Below, piece by piece: positions 28,820 through 38,094 of a DNA stretch of 64,000 nucleotides (within the stretch, counting starts at the first letter, position 1; the number at the start of each line of letters is the position of its first letter). Under the pieces are notes generated by a model. That model saw nothing but the letters and a program-made list of their open reading frames with translations. It searched no databases and was not told where the DNA came from. The translations under genes and the position numbers were made by a program. This DNA comes from Trueperaceae bacterium (GTDB lineage Bacteria > Deinococcota > Deinococci > Deinococcales > Trueperaceae): NCBI GenBank assembly GCA_034520945.1, contig JAXHNB010000009.1:96001-160000 (forward strand). The letters run 5' to 3'.

Positions 28820-29618
28820 CCCACGTCTGTCCGAGGATCTCCTCGGGCACGATGAGGTTCCATTCTGGAATCAGGCGGCCGCCGCCGCGCTGGCCGCGCT
28901 CCAGGTAGTGCGCGTGGCTTGGGCGCATCGCACGCAACGCCGTCAGGTGCACTTCGTCCACCATCAGGGCCTCGGCGTGCTGCTCGAGGAAGTACCCGAC
29001 TTTCGCGCTGGTGGTGGCGTTGTCGAGCAGCTGCGCGTAGGCGAGCACGACGTCGAGATCGTAGAACTCCACGGCGGCGAGCGAGCGCCAGATCTCCTCC
29101 CAACTCCCGGAGAGGTTCGGACGATCGAGAACGTCCACGAGGGTGCGCTCGAGGCTCGTAACGCGCACCGGAAGCCCGTCGCGCTCCCGGGTGCTGACAG
29201 CGAAGTGCGTTTCTCCCGCTTCCAACAAAGCAACGGGGAATCGAGTACCGCGAAACACGGTACCCGCGAACGAAAATCGGGTGCGCGGCCGGGCGGCGGC
29301 GTACGTGACCTCGCTGCGGACGCTGTACGCTCGGTCGAAGAACGACAAGGCGCTGTGGTACGCCACCACGGCGTCGGGCGTGACGCGAGAAGCGACCAAG
29401 AAGGGGTCCACCACGAGGGGGTCGGTATCGCCCTCGTCAGGCACGCTTACGTAGAGGCCGCGCCGAACGCGGACGATGCGCCTCGCGTTCTGATAGTAGT
29501 CAAGCAGCCGCTCGCGGGTGCGCCGACCGGGCTCCCCACGAGACTTCAGGTGTCGGTCGAACTCATCCACCGTGAAGACGGGGTGGCTGCGCAGGAAGGA
29601 TGCATGACCCCGGGGCAT
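28770..29618 (-). CDS. abiEi: Type IV TA AbiEi-family antitoxin / wHTH regulator (orphan; stop read into the Fic remnant)
   Basis: HPVFTVDEF, RVRRGLY, AVVAYHSAL, VRVTSLERTLVDVLDRP, KVGYFLE, PEWNLIVP. Confidence 0.82.
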   Translation of the reverse strand: MPRGHASFLRSHPVFTVDEFDRHLKSRGEPGRRTRERLLDYYQNARRIVRVRRGLYVSVPDEGDTDPLVVDPFLVASRVTPDAVVAYHSALSFFDRAYSVRSEVTYAAARPRTRFSFAGTVFRGTRFPVALLEAGETHFAVSTRERDGLPVRVTSLERTLVDVLDRPNLSGSWEEIWRSLAAVEFYDLDVVLAYAQLLDNATTSAKVGYFLEQHAEALMVDEVHLTALRAMRPSHAHYLERGQRGGGRLIPEWNLIVPEEILGQTWDAVGETRAGTRRHASA

Positions 29619-29640
29619 CGTGGTTGACAATCTATCACAA

Positions 29641-29663
29641 AACCCACACGATTCATGTGGGTT
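29641..29663. promoter_or_regulatory. 23-bp inverted repeat upstream of abiEi (putative autoregulatory operator)
   Basis: AACCCACA-cgattca-TGTGGGTT in an AT-rich region about 20 bp upstream of the start. Confidence 0.6.
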
Positions 29664-29784
29664 GTCGTCTACATAGTCCAATCATTCAGACGCGAAGAAA
29701 CCCCGTTCGATCCGTGCATCGACTGCAAGAACTCTGCATCCGCTGGATTCGCGTCGACCAGTCCTCGGCCCTCGCCAAGGGGCC

Positions 29785-29890
29785 AGTGGCGTCCTCGTGA
29801 CCGCCGAGCAAGCGGTGTCCGCGGCGACGGGTCCGTTGGGCCTTCTCGCCGGGGACAGGCAGCGGGTCGAAGCGATCGGTCGCCGCACCG
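29785..29890 (+). pseudogene. Probable Fic-family C-terminal fragment
   Basis: GVLVTAEQAVSAATGPLGLLAGDRQRVEAIGRR resembles the post-Fic-domain helix (GVxxTAEQAVxxAxxLLxLFxxDRxxI). Confidence 0.55.
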
Positions 29891-29911
29891 CCGCCGGTAC
29901 CCCAACGACGC

Positions 29912-31687
29912 TCAGGTCGTGCCCAGTGCGCCCGCCCCGCTGCCGCCCGCTCCGCCCGCCCCGGCCCCGTCCAGCGGGATCCCGAGGTGCCGGAGCGCGT
30001 GCGCAACGGACAGGTGCGCGATGCGGGTCCCGTAGCGTTCGGGCCAGCCTGCCCGCGCCAGCACGTCGCGGACCGGGCCCTTGACGCCGGCGAGGTGCAC
30101 CTCGATCCCCTGCTCTGCGAAGGTGTCGATCCGGTCGCGCAGCACGTCCAGCGCGACGCCGTCGACGTCGTTCACGGCGGCGAAGTCCAGCACGATGGCG
30201 CGAAGCTGCGGCCGTTCCGCCACCACGTCGTTCAGTTGGGTCTCCATCGCGGCCATGTTCGCGAAGTACAGCGCGGCATCGGGGCGCGTGAGGTAAAGCT
30301 CGGGCCAGGTGCGCGCTTGGGGATAGCGGTCGACGTTGCGGAACACGCCCTCGCTGGGCAACCAGCCGAGTTCGGCGGTGTGGGGCCAGGCGCTGCGGCC
30401 GACGAACACCAGCAGCGAGAAGGCGACGCCGGTGAGGATGCCGGTCTCGACGCCGAGCGACAGGGTGGCCAGGAAGGTGACGGCGAGGGTGAGGGCGTCG
30501 ACCTTCTTGACGCGCCACAGGTGGCGGGGCTCCTGGAGGTCGATCAGCCCGAACACCGCCACCATCACGATCGCGGCCAACACGGCCTGAGGCAAAAAGT
30601 AGAACGCATCGGTGAGGAACAGCAGGGTGAGGGCGATCAGCACCGCGGTCACGATGCCCGCCAAGGGCGTCCGGGCGCCGGCCTGATCGTTGACGGCGCT
30701 ACGGCTGAACCCGCCGGTGACGGGGTAGCCGCGGAAGAAGGCGCCGGCCACGTTGGCGAGGCCCAGGCCGATCAGTTCCCGGTTGGCGTCGACCTTGGCC
30801 CGGTGCTTGGCGGCGATGGCCTTGGCGACGGCGACGGACTCCATGAAGCCCACGAAGGCGATGGTCGCCGCAGCGGGCAGCAGTGCGCCCAACGCCCCGC
30901 CGCTCAGGTCCGGCACGCCCGGGAGGGGAAGGCCGGCGGGAACGTCGCCCACGATGGCGACGCCCCGTTCGTGCAGACCCAGGGCCCACACGATCACGCT
31001 GGACGCGATCACCACCACGAGCGGCGTCGGGAAGCGCCGTGCGAGGCGCTTGCCGAGCAGGAGCAGCCCGATCGAGGCCGCGCCGATCGCCAGCGTAAGG
31101 CCGTGCGTCGAGCCCAACTTCGTGGCGGCATCGAACAGGAACACGAACACGTTCTCTTCGCGCGGGAGCGGAATCCCGAGGAGGTGCTTCGCCTGGCTCA
31201 GCCCGATCACCAGGGCGGCCGCGCTGGTGAAGCCGCTGATCACGGCGTGGGACAGGAAGTTGACGACGAACCCGGCGCGCAACAGCCCCAGCACCGCCTG
31301 GATCAGGCCGACCATCAGCATCAGCGCCGCAGCCAGCGCCACGAACTCGGCGCTGCCCGGCTCCGCCAGGGCGCCGACGCCCGACAGGGTCAGCAGCGAG
31401 ACGATCGCCACCGGCCCCACCGCCAGCTGCCGCGAGGACCCGAACATGGCGTACACCAGCAGCGGCACCACGCTGGCGTACAGCCCGACCACCGGCGGCA
31501 GGCCGGCCAGCAGGGCGTAGGCCATGCCTTGGGGCACCAGCATCACGGCCGTGACCAGGCCGGCGATCAGGTCGCCGGACAGGTCGCGACGGTCGTAGTG
31601 CCGCGCCCAGCCGACGATCGGAAGCAGCCGCTCGATCCAAGGGCGGGCCCCGCGCGCGGCGGGTGAGCTACTCGACGGAGAGGCCAT
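29912..31687 (-). CDS. SulP-family anion transporter with STAS domain
   Basis: DLIAGLVTAVMLVPQGMAYA, GSSRQLAVGPVA, TGGFSRSAVN, RPDAALYFAN STAS. Confidence 0.95.
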   Translation of the reverse strand: MASPSSSSPAARGARPWIERLLPIVGWARHYDRRDLSGDLIAGLVTAVMLVPQGMAYALLAGLPPVVGLYASVVPLLVYAMFGSSRQLAVGPVAIVSLLTLSGVGALAEPGSAEFVALAAALMLMVGLIQAVLGLLRAGFVVNFLSHAVISGFTSAAALVIGLSQAKHLLGIPLPREENVFVFLFDAATKLGSTHGLTLAIGAASIGLLLLGKRLARRFPTPLVVVIASSVIVWALGLHERGVAIVGDVPAGLPLPGVPDLSGGALGALLPAAATIAFVGFMESVAVAKAIAAKHRAKVDANRELIGLGLANVAGAFFRGYPVTGGFSRSAVNDQAGARTPLAGIVTAVLIALTLLFLTDAFYFLPQAVLAAIVMVAVFGLIDLQEPRHLWRVKKVDALTLAVTFLATLSLGVETGILTGVAFSLLVFVGRSAWPHTAELGWLPSEGVFRNVDRYPQARTWPELYLTRPDAALYFANMAAMETQLNDVVAERPQLRAIVLDFAAVNDVDGVALDVLRDRIDTFAEQGIEVHLAGVKGPVRDVLARAGWPERYGTRIAHLSVAHALRHLGIPLDGAGAGGAGGSGAGALGTT

Positions 31688-32003
31688 GCTGGATCCAGCC
31701 TTGGGTCCCCTCCGCGAGATTGGCGAGGCCGGTCTTGCCCTGCTGCGCCAACCAGGCGCAGGCGCGACCGGATCGGTTGCCGGTCGCGCAGACGAGGACG
31801 GCGCCGTCGGGGATCTCCTCGGCGCGGGCGCTCACCTCGCCGAGCGGCAGCAAAAGGGCGCCAGGAACGTGTCCCTGCGCGTACTCCGAGGGTTCACGGA
31901 CGTCGATGACGGTCGCGCCGTCTTCGATGCGCCGCAGGGCTTCGTAGGCGTCGATGTCGTCGTAGGTGTCACGCGGGGCGGACACCCGGGATGGGGGGGT
32001 CAT
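31668..32003 (-). CDS. Single-domain rhodanese (sulfurtransferase)
   Basis: VIDVREPSEYAQGHVPGA, VCATGNRS active loop; GGAGG RBS. Confidence 0.92.
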   Translation of the reverse strand: MTPPSRVSAPRDTYDDIDAYEALRRIEDGATVIDVREPSEYAQGHVPGALLLPLGEVSARAEEIPDGAVLVCATGNRSGRACAWLAQQGKTGLANLAEGTQGWIQHGLSVE

Positions 32004-32059
32004 GAATCCTCCACGAAATGTGCGGCGGGGCGGGCGCGCCGCCCCGCCGTGGCCTCGTC

Positions 32060-33463
32060 TCAGGCAGGGGTCGAGGCGCTCCGGTGGGCCAGCCAGGCGT
32101 CGAAGCCGCCCTGGAGCTCGGTCGCGTCGCTGCGTCCCTGACGGCGCAGCAGCGAGGCGATGACGGCGCTGCGGCCGCCTCCCTGGCAGTGCGCCATCAG
32201 CGTGCCGTCCCGGGGCAGCTCGTCCAGGTGCCAACGGACGCGACCGGCGTGCAGTTGGGTCGCGCCGTCGATGTGGTCGGCGGCGTGTTCGCTGGCGGTA
32301 CGCACGTCGAGGACGCGCACGTCGTCGCGTCGTTCGACCTCGGCGGGGGGCATCAGCGGAATCTCGGCGCGCGGGAACGGCGCCAGCGTCGTGACGTAGC
32401 CGGCGAAGCGGTCGATGCCGGTCCAGCTCAACTTGTCGCGCATGACGTCGGCCTGCGACGCGTCCGCGGCCAGCACCACGATCTCCTGCTCGTCGCGCTC
32501 GGGGTCGATGGCGTAGCTGGCGTAGGTCGCGAAGTTGCTGCCGAAGGGCAGGAACAGGGCGTTGTTCACGGCGTCCTGGTGCCACTGGGCCATGGTGCGG
32601 GTGTCGAGGAAGAGGATTTCGTTCCGCGCGAGGCGCTCAGCGACGTCAGCGGCATCCAGTTCGCGCGGCGCGTCCCGGTGGCCCAGCACGGCGGGGCCCT
32701 GCTTGTTCCAGCGCTTCATGCGGCCGAAGTACGAGGGGGCGTCGGGCTGCCCCTCCAGCAGCGCGCCCGTGAAGCCGGCCGCGTCGTCTGCGGCGAGGAA
32801 GTCCGCCCACCAGGCGGTGCGGCGCTCGTAGCCGACGGTGGTGCCGGGGACCGCGCCCAGCGACTTGCCGCAGGCGGAGCCGGCGCCGTGGCCGGGCCAG
32901 ACCTGGACGTGGTCGGGAAGGGCGAGGAAACGGTCGCGCAGGCTGGCGAACAGGTCCTTTGCGCCCTGGTAGCGCGTGTCGACACCGCCGGCGGCCTCGT
33001 CCAGCAGATCGGGGCGCCCGACGTCGCCGACGAACACGAAGTCGCCGGTGAGGATCATCATCGGCTCGTCGCTGGTGGCGCCGTCGATCACCAGGAACGA
33101 CAGGTGTTCGGGGGTGTGGCCAGGGGTGTGCACGGCGCGCAGCACGACGTTTCCGACGGCGATCTCGCTGCCGTCGCGCAACGGGCTTCCCTCGAAGGCG
33201 TACTTCCAGTCGGCGTCGCCCATGTCGCTGAGCCAGACGCGGGCGCCGGTGCGGGCGGCCAGTTCGCGGGTGCCGGACAGGTAGTCGGCGTGAATGTGCG
33301 TCTCGGTGACGCCTACGATGGTCAGGCCGTTGGCCTCGGCGATGCGGAGGTAGGTGTCGACGTCACGGCGTGGGTCGACCACCACGGCGTGGCCGTTCTG
33401 CTGACAACCGATCACGAAACCGCCTTGGGCGAGGTCCGGATCGTAGACGTGCTGGAAGAACAT
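32060..33463 (-). CDS. MBL-fold persulfide dioxygenase-rhodanese fusion (CstB-like)
   Basis: ETHIHADYLSG, TPGHTPEH, TGDFVFVGDVGRPDL, PGHGAGSACG, pseudo-rhodanese plus rhodanese CQGGGRS. Confidence 0.92.
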   Translation of the reverse strand: MFFQHVYDPDLAQGGFVIGCQQNGHAVVVDPRRDVDTYLRIAEANGLTIVGVTETHIHADYLSGTRELAARTGARVWLSDMGDADWKYAFEGSPLRDGSEIAVGNVVLRAVHTPGHTPEHLSFLVIDGATSDEPMMILTGDFVFVGDVGRPDLLDEAAGGVDTRYQGAKDLFASLRDRFLALPDHVQVWPGHGAGSACGKSLGAVPGTTVGYERRTAWWADFLAADDAAGFTGALLEGQPDAPSYFGRMKRWNKQGPAVLGHRDAPRELDAADVAERLARNEILFLDTRTMAQWHQDAVNNALFLPFGSNFATYASYAIDPERDEQEIVVLAADASQADVMRDKLSWTGIDRFAGYVTTLAPFPRAEIPLMPPAEVERRDDVRVLDVRTASEHAADHIDGATQLHAGRVRWHLDELPRDGTLMAHCQGGGRSAVIASLLRRQGRSDATELQGGFDAWLAHRSASTPA

Positions 33464-33504
33464 GGGGCTCCTTTCGGCGTCGGGGCCTCGAGTCACTCCA
33501 TCGA

Positions 33505-33529
33505 GCATATACCCCCAAGGGGTATATGC
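33505..33529. promoter_or_regulatory. CsoR/CstR-type operator
   Basis: GCATATACCCC-caa-GGGGTATATGC, perfect 11-bp arms with the C4/G4 tracts typical of CsoR-family sites. Confidence 0.8.
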
Positions 33530-33594
33530 GTCAAGGCCTGCCGACGCGCCACGGCCCGAATCTGCTACCTTGCGCGTCGGAGGAACGATCCCGA

Positions 33595-34128
33595 ATGATT
33601 CAGCGCGCCCTGCGTAGCCTCACTGCATGCCTCGCCCTCGCCTTCGCGTGGACCGTGCCCGCCCTGGCCCAGAGCGGTCCCGACGACCTGGCCAGCGCCA
33701 TCCGTGACCACCCCGACCTGACCGTGCTGGCGGACCTTCTCGAAGACAGCGGCATGATGGACGACCTCGAAGGCGGGATGCGCCTGACCGTGTTCGCACC
33801 CAGCGACCGCGCCTTCGAACGGCTCGACCCGGAGGTGCGACGCATCCTGTTGCGCGACCGCGGCGCCCTGGACCTGATCCTGAGACACCACATCATCGCC
33901 GGCGCCGCGCCGCGGGCCGCGTTGCGACGCATGGACGCGGTCACCACCCTGGAGGCCACCCGCCTGTCCCTCCGGGTCGAAGGTGACGAGGTGCGCGTGG
34001 ACGGCACGCGCTTGCGCGAGGGGGGCACGCGCGCTGGCAGCGGCATGCTGTACGTGGTGGACCGCGTGCTGGTGCCGCAACGGGCCACCTCGCTCAAGGC
34101 CCTCCTGACCGGCCCGCGGAGCAACTGA
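33595..34128 (+). CDS. Secreted fasciclin (FAS1) domain protein
   Basis: Signal peptide ending ALAQ; LTVFAPSDRAF (H1), ILRHHI, LYVVDRVLVP (H2). Confidence 0.88.
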   Translation: MIQRALRSLTACLALAFAWTVPALAQSGPDDLASAIRDHPDLTVLADLLEDSGMMDDLEGGMRLTVFAPSDRAFERLDPEVRRILLRDRGALDLILRHHIIAGAAPRAALRRMDAVTTLEATRLSLRVEGDEVRVDGTRLREGGTRAGSGMLYVVDRVLVPQRATSLKALLTGPRSN

Positions 34129-34159
34129 GGCCTACGGCCGTGTCCCCTCGGGCCCGAAG

Positions 34160-35119
34160 GTGACGCCGCGACCGCTGGAACGGTGGGGCTGGCTGCTGTC
34201 GCCCGACGACCGAAGCCGGTGGCGGGCGCGGGCGCTGGTGCGCGCCCTCTTCTACGCGGTGCTCGGCGCGGCCGGCGCGAACGGTTGGATCGAGGTTCCC
34301 TGGGCCACCTTCGCGGTCCTGGTGGTCACCTCCGCGGTCGCCTTCGCGTGGCTGGCGGCCCTGGCCATCGAACCCGACCACTGGTTCCAGTGGGCGGCGG
34401 TCGTCCCCGACCTGGGGCTGTTGTTCCTGCTGACGCGGGTCACGCCGCACCCGGATCCCTGGGCGGGCCTCGCCTACGTCTGGGTGGCGGGCCTGTCGTT
34501 CGGCGCGGTGCGCGAACGCACGGGCCTGGTGGTGGTGCTGCTGGCGACCTGCGCGTGGGCCGCGTTGGCGCTGGGGGAACCGCGCGGCCCCGGCTGGATC
34601 GCCTGGGCGGTGGGGCACGCCATCGGGCTGGGCCTGATGACGGCGCTCGGCACGGTCATGGTGCGCGAGCGTCTGGAGCTCCGCCACGACCCGCTCACCG
34701 GCGTGCTCGATCGTCGCAGCGGCTTGGCGGCCCTGGAGCGACGCGTGCAGCGAGGCGAGGCGTTCTACCTGGCCTTCGTCGACCTTCGCGGCTTCAAGTC
34801 CGTCAACGACCGCCACGGACATGCCGTCGGCGACGAGGTGCTGGCGGCCGTCGCCGGCCGACTGGCGGGCGCCGTCCGCCGCCAGGACCCGGTGTTGCGG
34901 TTCGGCGGGGACGAGTTCCTGATCGCGAGCCACCATCCCGACCTGGACGACCGTTTGAGGAACGCCGTGCAGGGACCGGTCGCGACCTCCGTGGGACGGA
35001 TCCCGATCGAAGCGGACGTCGGCATCAGTCGATGGGCACCGGGCGACTCGCTCACGGAACTCGTGCAGGAGGCCGACGAACGGATGTACGGCCGCAAGGG
35101 GATGCTCGCCCCGCAATGA
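34160..35119 (+). CDS. Membrane-anchored diguanylate cyclase (GGDEF)
   Basis: About 5-6 TM segments; HDPLTG, FKSVNDRHGHAVGD, RRQD I-site, GGDEF. Confidence 0.9.
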   Translation: MTPRPLERWGWLLSPDDRSRWRARALVRALFYAVLGAAGANGWIEVPWATFAVLVVTSAVAFAWLAALAIEPDHWFQWAAVVPDLGLLFLLTRVTPHPDPWAGLAYVWVAGLSFGAVRERTGLVVVLLATCAWAALALGEPRGPGWIAWAVGHAIGLGLMTALGTVMVRERLELRHDPLTGVLDRRSGLAALERRVQRGEAFYLAFVDLRGFKSVNDRHGHAVGDEVLAAVAGRLAGAVRRQDPVLRFGGDEFLIASHHPDLDDRLRNAVQGPVATSVGRIPIEADVGISRWAPGDSLTELVQEADERMYGRKGMLAPQ

Positions 35120-35233
35120 GCGACGGATGGGGGTAAGGCCGTTCCGGTGACGCCTGACCCGGGAGCGTAGGATCGCGGCGCTACACTCGCGCCACGCTCG
35201 TCGCACGATTCTAAGCCCCTCGGAGGAGCCGCC

Positions 35234-37462
35234 ATGGCCGGCGAGTCGGACCCGACCTTGCACGCGCTGCCGTTGTTCGCGGGCGTGCCGAGCCAAGCGG
35301 TGACGGCCTTGCTCTCGACCGCCACCCGGCGCCAGCTCGCTGCCGGCGAGACGTTGTTCCGCGAAGGCGACCCCGCCGACGGGATGTACCTGCTGAACCA
35401 AGGACGCCTCGACGTCTTTTTGACGCGCGACGACCGCCGGGTGCCGGTCGACCAGCTCGAAGCCCCCGACCACGTGGGCGAGACCGCGCTGTCGGCCGGC
35501 CGGCCACGACCGGTCACGGTCGTCGCCCGCGAACCGTGCATCCTGTATCAACTCACGGGAGCCGACGTCGCCGCCTGGATCGCGCACCAGCCCGAGGTTC
35601 GCGACCGCCTGGACCGTGAGGTCGAACGGCGCCTGGGCCGCGCGCGCCTGGCCGTCATTCTCGGTGACGCCTTCGGCGCGAACGACCCGGCGTCGGTCCG
35701 CGAACTGGCCGTACGGCTGCAGTGGACCCTGCTCCGCCGCGGCGACACCCTGTTCGCCGAAGGGGACCCCGCCGATCACGCCTACGTATTGGCGTCCGGG
35801 CGCCTTCGCCTGGACCGCGCCGACGACACGCCCACCGCCGTCGGCGAGATCGCCCCGGGCGACGTGCTGGGGGAGGCCTCCATGTTGACCCGCACCCCCC
35901 GCACCGCCAGCTGCGTCGCCCTTCGCGACAGCCGGCTGGTCCGCCTGTCGCGCGAGGAGGTCGAGGCCCACCCTGCGCTGATGGCGTTCGTGGCGCGACG
36001 CGTGGCGCGACGCTCACTGCGCCGGACCCGTCGCTGGATCCGCCGACCCCGAACGATCGCGCTGGTGCCGGCCGAACCCTCGCTGCCGCTGGCGGAGGTG
36101 GGGGCGGGGTTGTGCGACGCGCTGGCGCCGCACGGGGAGGTGCGGATGGTCGAACGCAGGCGCCTGGCGCGCGTCTTCGGCCGCGCCGACGTCGCCGACC
36201 GGCTGGAGGACCTCGCCCTGCTCGATTGGTTGGAACGCGAGGAGGGGGCGTGCGAGCACCTGGTGTTCCTGGCCGATCCGCACGCCTCCCCCTGGACCGA
36301 ACGTTGCCTGCGGCAGGCCGACCGCGTCGCGGTGGTCGCTCGGGGCGACGCCACCGGCCCGCCGACCGCGATCGAGCGGCACCTCGCCACCCGGCTCGCC
36401 GGTGTGCCCGCCGACCTGGTCCTGCTGCACGCGAACGAGGCCATGGTCCAGCCCGGAACGGCGGCGTGGCTGGCGCCGCGGCACGTGCGGGCGCACCATC
36501 ACCTGCGCACCTCGCAACCCGAGGACTACGGAAGGGTGGCGCGACACCTGAGCGACCGCGCCCGCATCCTGGTCCTTTCCGGCGGCGGCGCCCGTGGCTA
36601 CGTCCACATCGGTCTGATCGCGGCACTCGAGGGGCGCCGCCTCCGCGCGGACGCGGTGGTGGGCACCAGCATGGGGGCGATCGTGGGCGGAAACTATGCC
36701 CTGAGCGGAACCTATGTCTACACGGAACGTTCGGCCCGCACCTTCGGCGACCGCAAGCGCCTGATCGACACCACCCTGCCGCTGGTCGCCCTGTCGCGCT
36801 CCAAGGGCCTCACCGACGCATGCCACGGCATGTACGGCGACGCGCACCTGGAGGACATGGTCCTGCCCTTCGCCTGCGTCTCGTCCAGCGTGGGCAGGGC
36901 CGAGGCCGTCGTGCACCAACACGGGCCGCTCTGGCGTGCCGTGCGGGCCAGCACCGCGATTCCCGGCATCTTCACGCCCATCCTCGAGGACGGCGACGTG
37001 CTGGTCGACGGCGGCGTGATGAACGCCTTTCCGGTCGATCTGGCCCGGCAACGTTTCGGGCAGGGACCGCTGATCGCCTCCAACGCCTATGGCGCCCACG
37101 GGACCGAGGAGGCGTACCGCTTCGGGGATCACGTGTCGGGCTGGTCGGCCCTCGCCCAGAAGCTGCTGCCGCGCCAGCGCCGGGCGGTGCACGCCCCTTC
37201 GATGATGAAGATCCTGATGCGCGCTTCGACCCTGCTCAGCCACGCACGATTGGCGTCGCTCGGCGCCGAAGCCGACCTCTTGGTGCGCTACCCCACCGAC
37301 GACGTCGGCAGCCTCGACTTCGACCGCGTGGACGAGTTGATCGCCCTCGGGCGCACGCACGGCGAGGAGACCCTGGCCGCCTACGACCCCTGGGGGGTCG
37401 GCACGCCCCTCAGGCCACCTCGGCCCACGCCCGATCCGACCCGGGACGAACGTCCCTACTAG
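35234..37462 (+). CDS. Cyclic-nucleotide-binding (x2) patatin-like phospholipase (NTE/RssA-like)
   Basis: Two LFxEGDPAD...GE...R cNMP domains; LSGGGARG, GTSMG, DGG patatin motifs. Confidence 0.9.
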   Translation: MAGESDPTLHALPLFAGVPSQAVTALLSTATRRQLAAGETLFREGDPADGMYLLNQGRLDVFLTRDDRRVPVDQLEAPDHVGETALSAGRPRPVTVVAREPCILYQLTGADVAAWIAHQPEVRDRLDREVERRLGRARLAVILGDAFGANDPASVRELAVRLQWTLLRRGDTLFAEGDPADHAYVLASGRLRLDRADDTPTAVGEIAPGDVLGEASMLTRTPRTASCVALRDSRLVRLSREEVEAHPALMAFVARRVARRSLRRTRRWIRRPRTIALVPAEPSLPLAEVGAGLCDALAPHGEVRMVERRRLARVFGRADVADRLEDLALLDWLEREEGACEHLVFLADPHASPWTERCLRQADRVAVVARGDATGPPTAIERHLATRLAGVPADLVLLHANEAMVQPGTAAWLAPRHVRAHHHLRTSQPEDYGRVARHLSDRARILVLSGGGARGYVHIGLIAALEGRRLRADAVVGTSMGAIVGGNYALSGTYVYTERSARTFGDRKRLIDTTLPLVALSRSKGLTDACHGMYGDAHLEDMVLPFACVSSSVGRAEAVVHQHGPLWRAVRASTAIPGIFTPILEDGDVLVDGGVMNAFPVDLARQRFGQGPLIASNAYGAHGTEEAYRFGDHVSGWSALAQKLLPRQRRAVHAPSMMKILMRASTLLSHARLASLGAEADLLVRYPTDDVGSLDFDRVDELIALGRTHGEETLAAYDPWGVGTPLRPPRPTPDPTRDERPY

Positions 37463-37644
37463 GCCCCACCCGACCCCGCGTAGTCTTACCAGCGTAGGGA
37501 CGGGACGAACGACGAGACGGTTTCTCCCTCTCTCTCTCCGAGGCGATCGCGCCCGACGCGCCAGGACCGCGTACGGGCGCGATCGTTTGGGGCAGGTGCA
37601 CACGCCCGCGTTGCACCGAATCTCGCCCTGCTAGATTGGTGAAT

Positions 37645-38094
37645 GTGATCGACGCTTCGCTCCGGACCTTTCTGGGACGCGAGGAGAGCTACGCCCTCCA
37701 CGCCCTGATCTACGCCGCCGAGAACCCGGGGGCGAGTGCGGCACGCATCGCCCAGGACCTGGCCATGCCGGCGGCGTTCATGGCCAAGGTCCTGGGCAAG
37801 CTGGCGCAGGCCGGCCTGATCGAGAACCGCATGGGCCGACACGGCGGGGTGCATCCCGTGCCCGGCACGCGGCAGGCCACCCTGCTGCAGGTGATCGAGG
37901 CCATCTCCGGGCCGTTCGTGATGGACACCTGCCAGGCGCAGGCCGAGTGCATCACCACGCGCCGCAAGGGGTACTGCCGGCTCAACGTCGCCTACCACCA
38001 GGCTGGGGCCGAGATCCGCACGATCCTGATGGGCGTGCGCGTCGACGACCTGGCCGACGCGCCCCAGGGCGAGGTCCCGCGCCCGGCGTCGTGA
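37645..38094 (+). CDS. Rrf2-family Fe-S transcriptional regulator (NsrR-like)
   Basis: REESYALHAL, FMAKVLGKL, MGRHGG, TLLQVIEAISG, three Cys (C-x5-C-x8-C); TAGATT -10 suggests a leaderless GTG start. Confidence 0.88.
   Translation: MIDASLRTFLGREESYALHALIYAAENPGASAARIAQDLAMPAAFMAKVLGKLAQAGLIENRMGRHGGVHPVPGTRQATLLQVIEAISGPFVMDTCQAQAECITTRRKGYCRLNVAYHQAGAEIRTILMGVRVDDLADAPQGEVPRPAS

Noticed and set aside
35234..37462. Patatin + cNMP domains as a CBASS/Pycsar effector
   Set aside because: The architecture is NTE/RssA-like; no CD-NTase or Pycsar cyclase adjacent (the neighbour is a standard GGDEF)
37463..37610. CT-rich tract (CTCCCTCTCTCTCTCC) as a possible sRNA or small ORF
   Set aside because: No recognisable structure, RNA family or credible ORF; insufficient support
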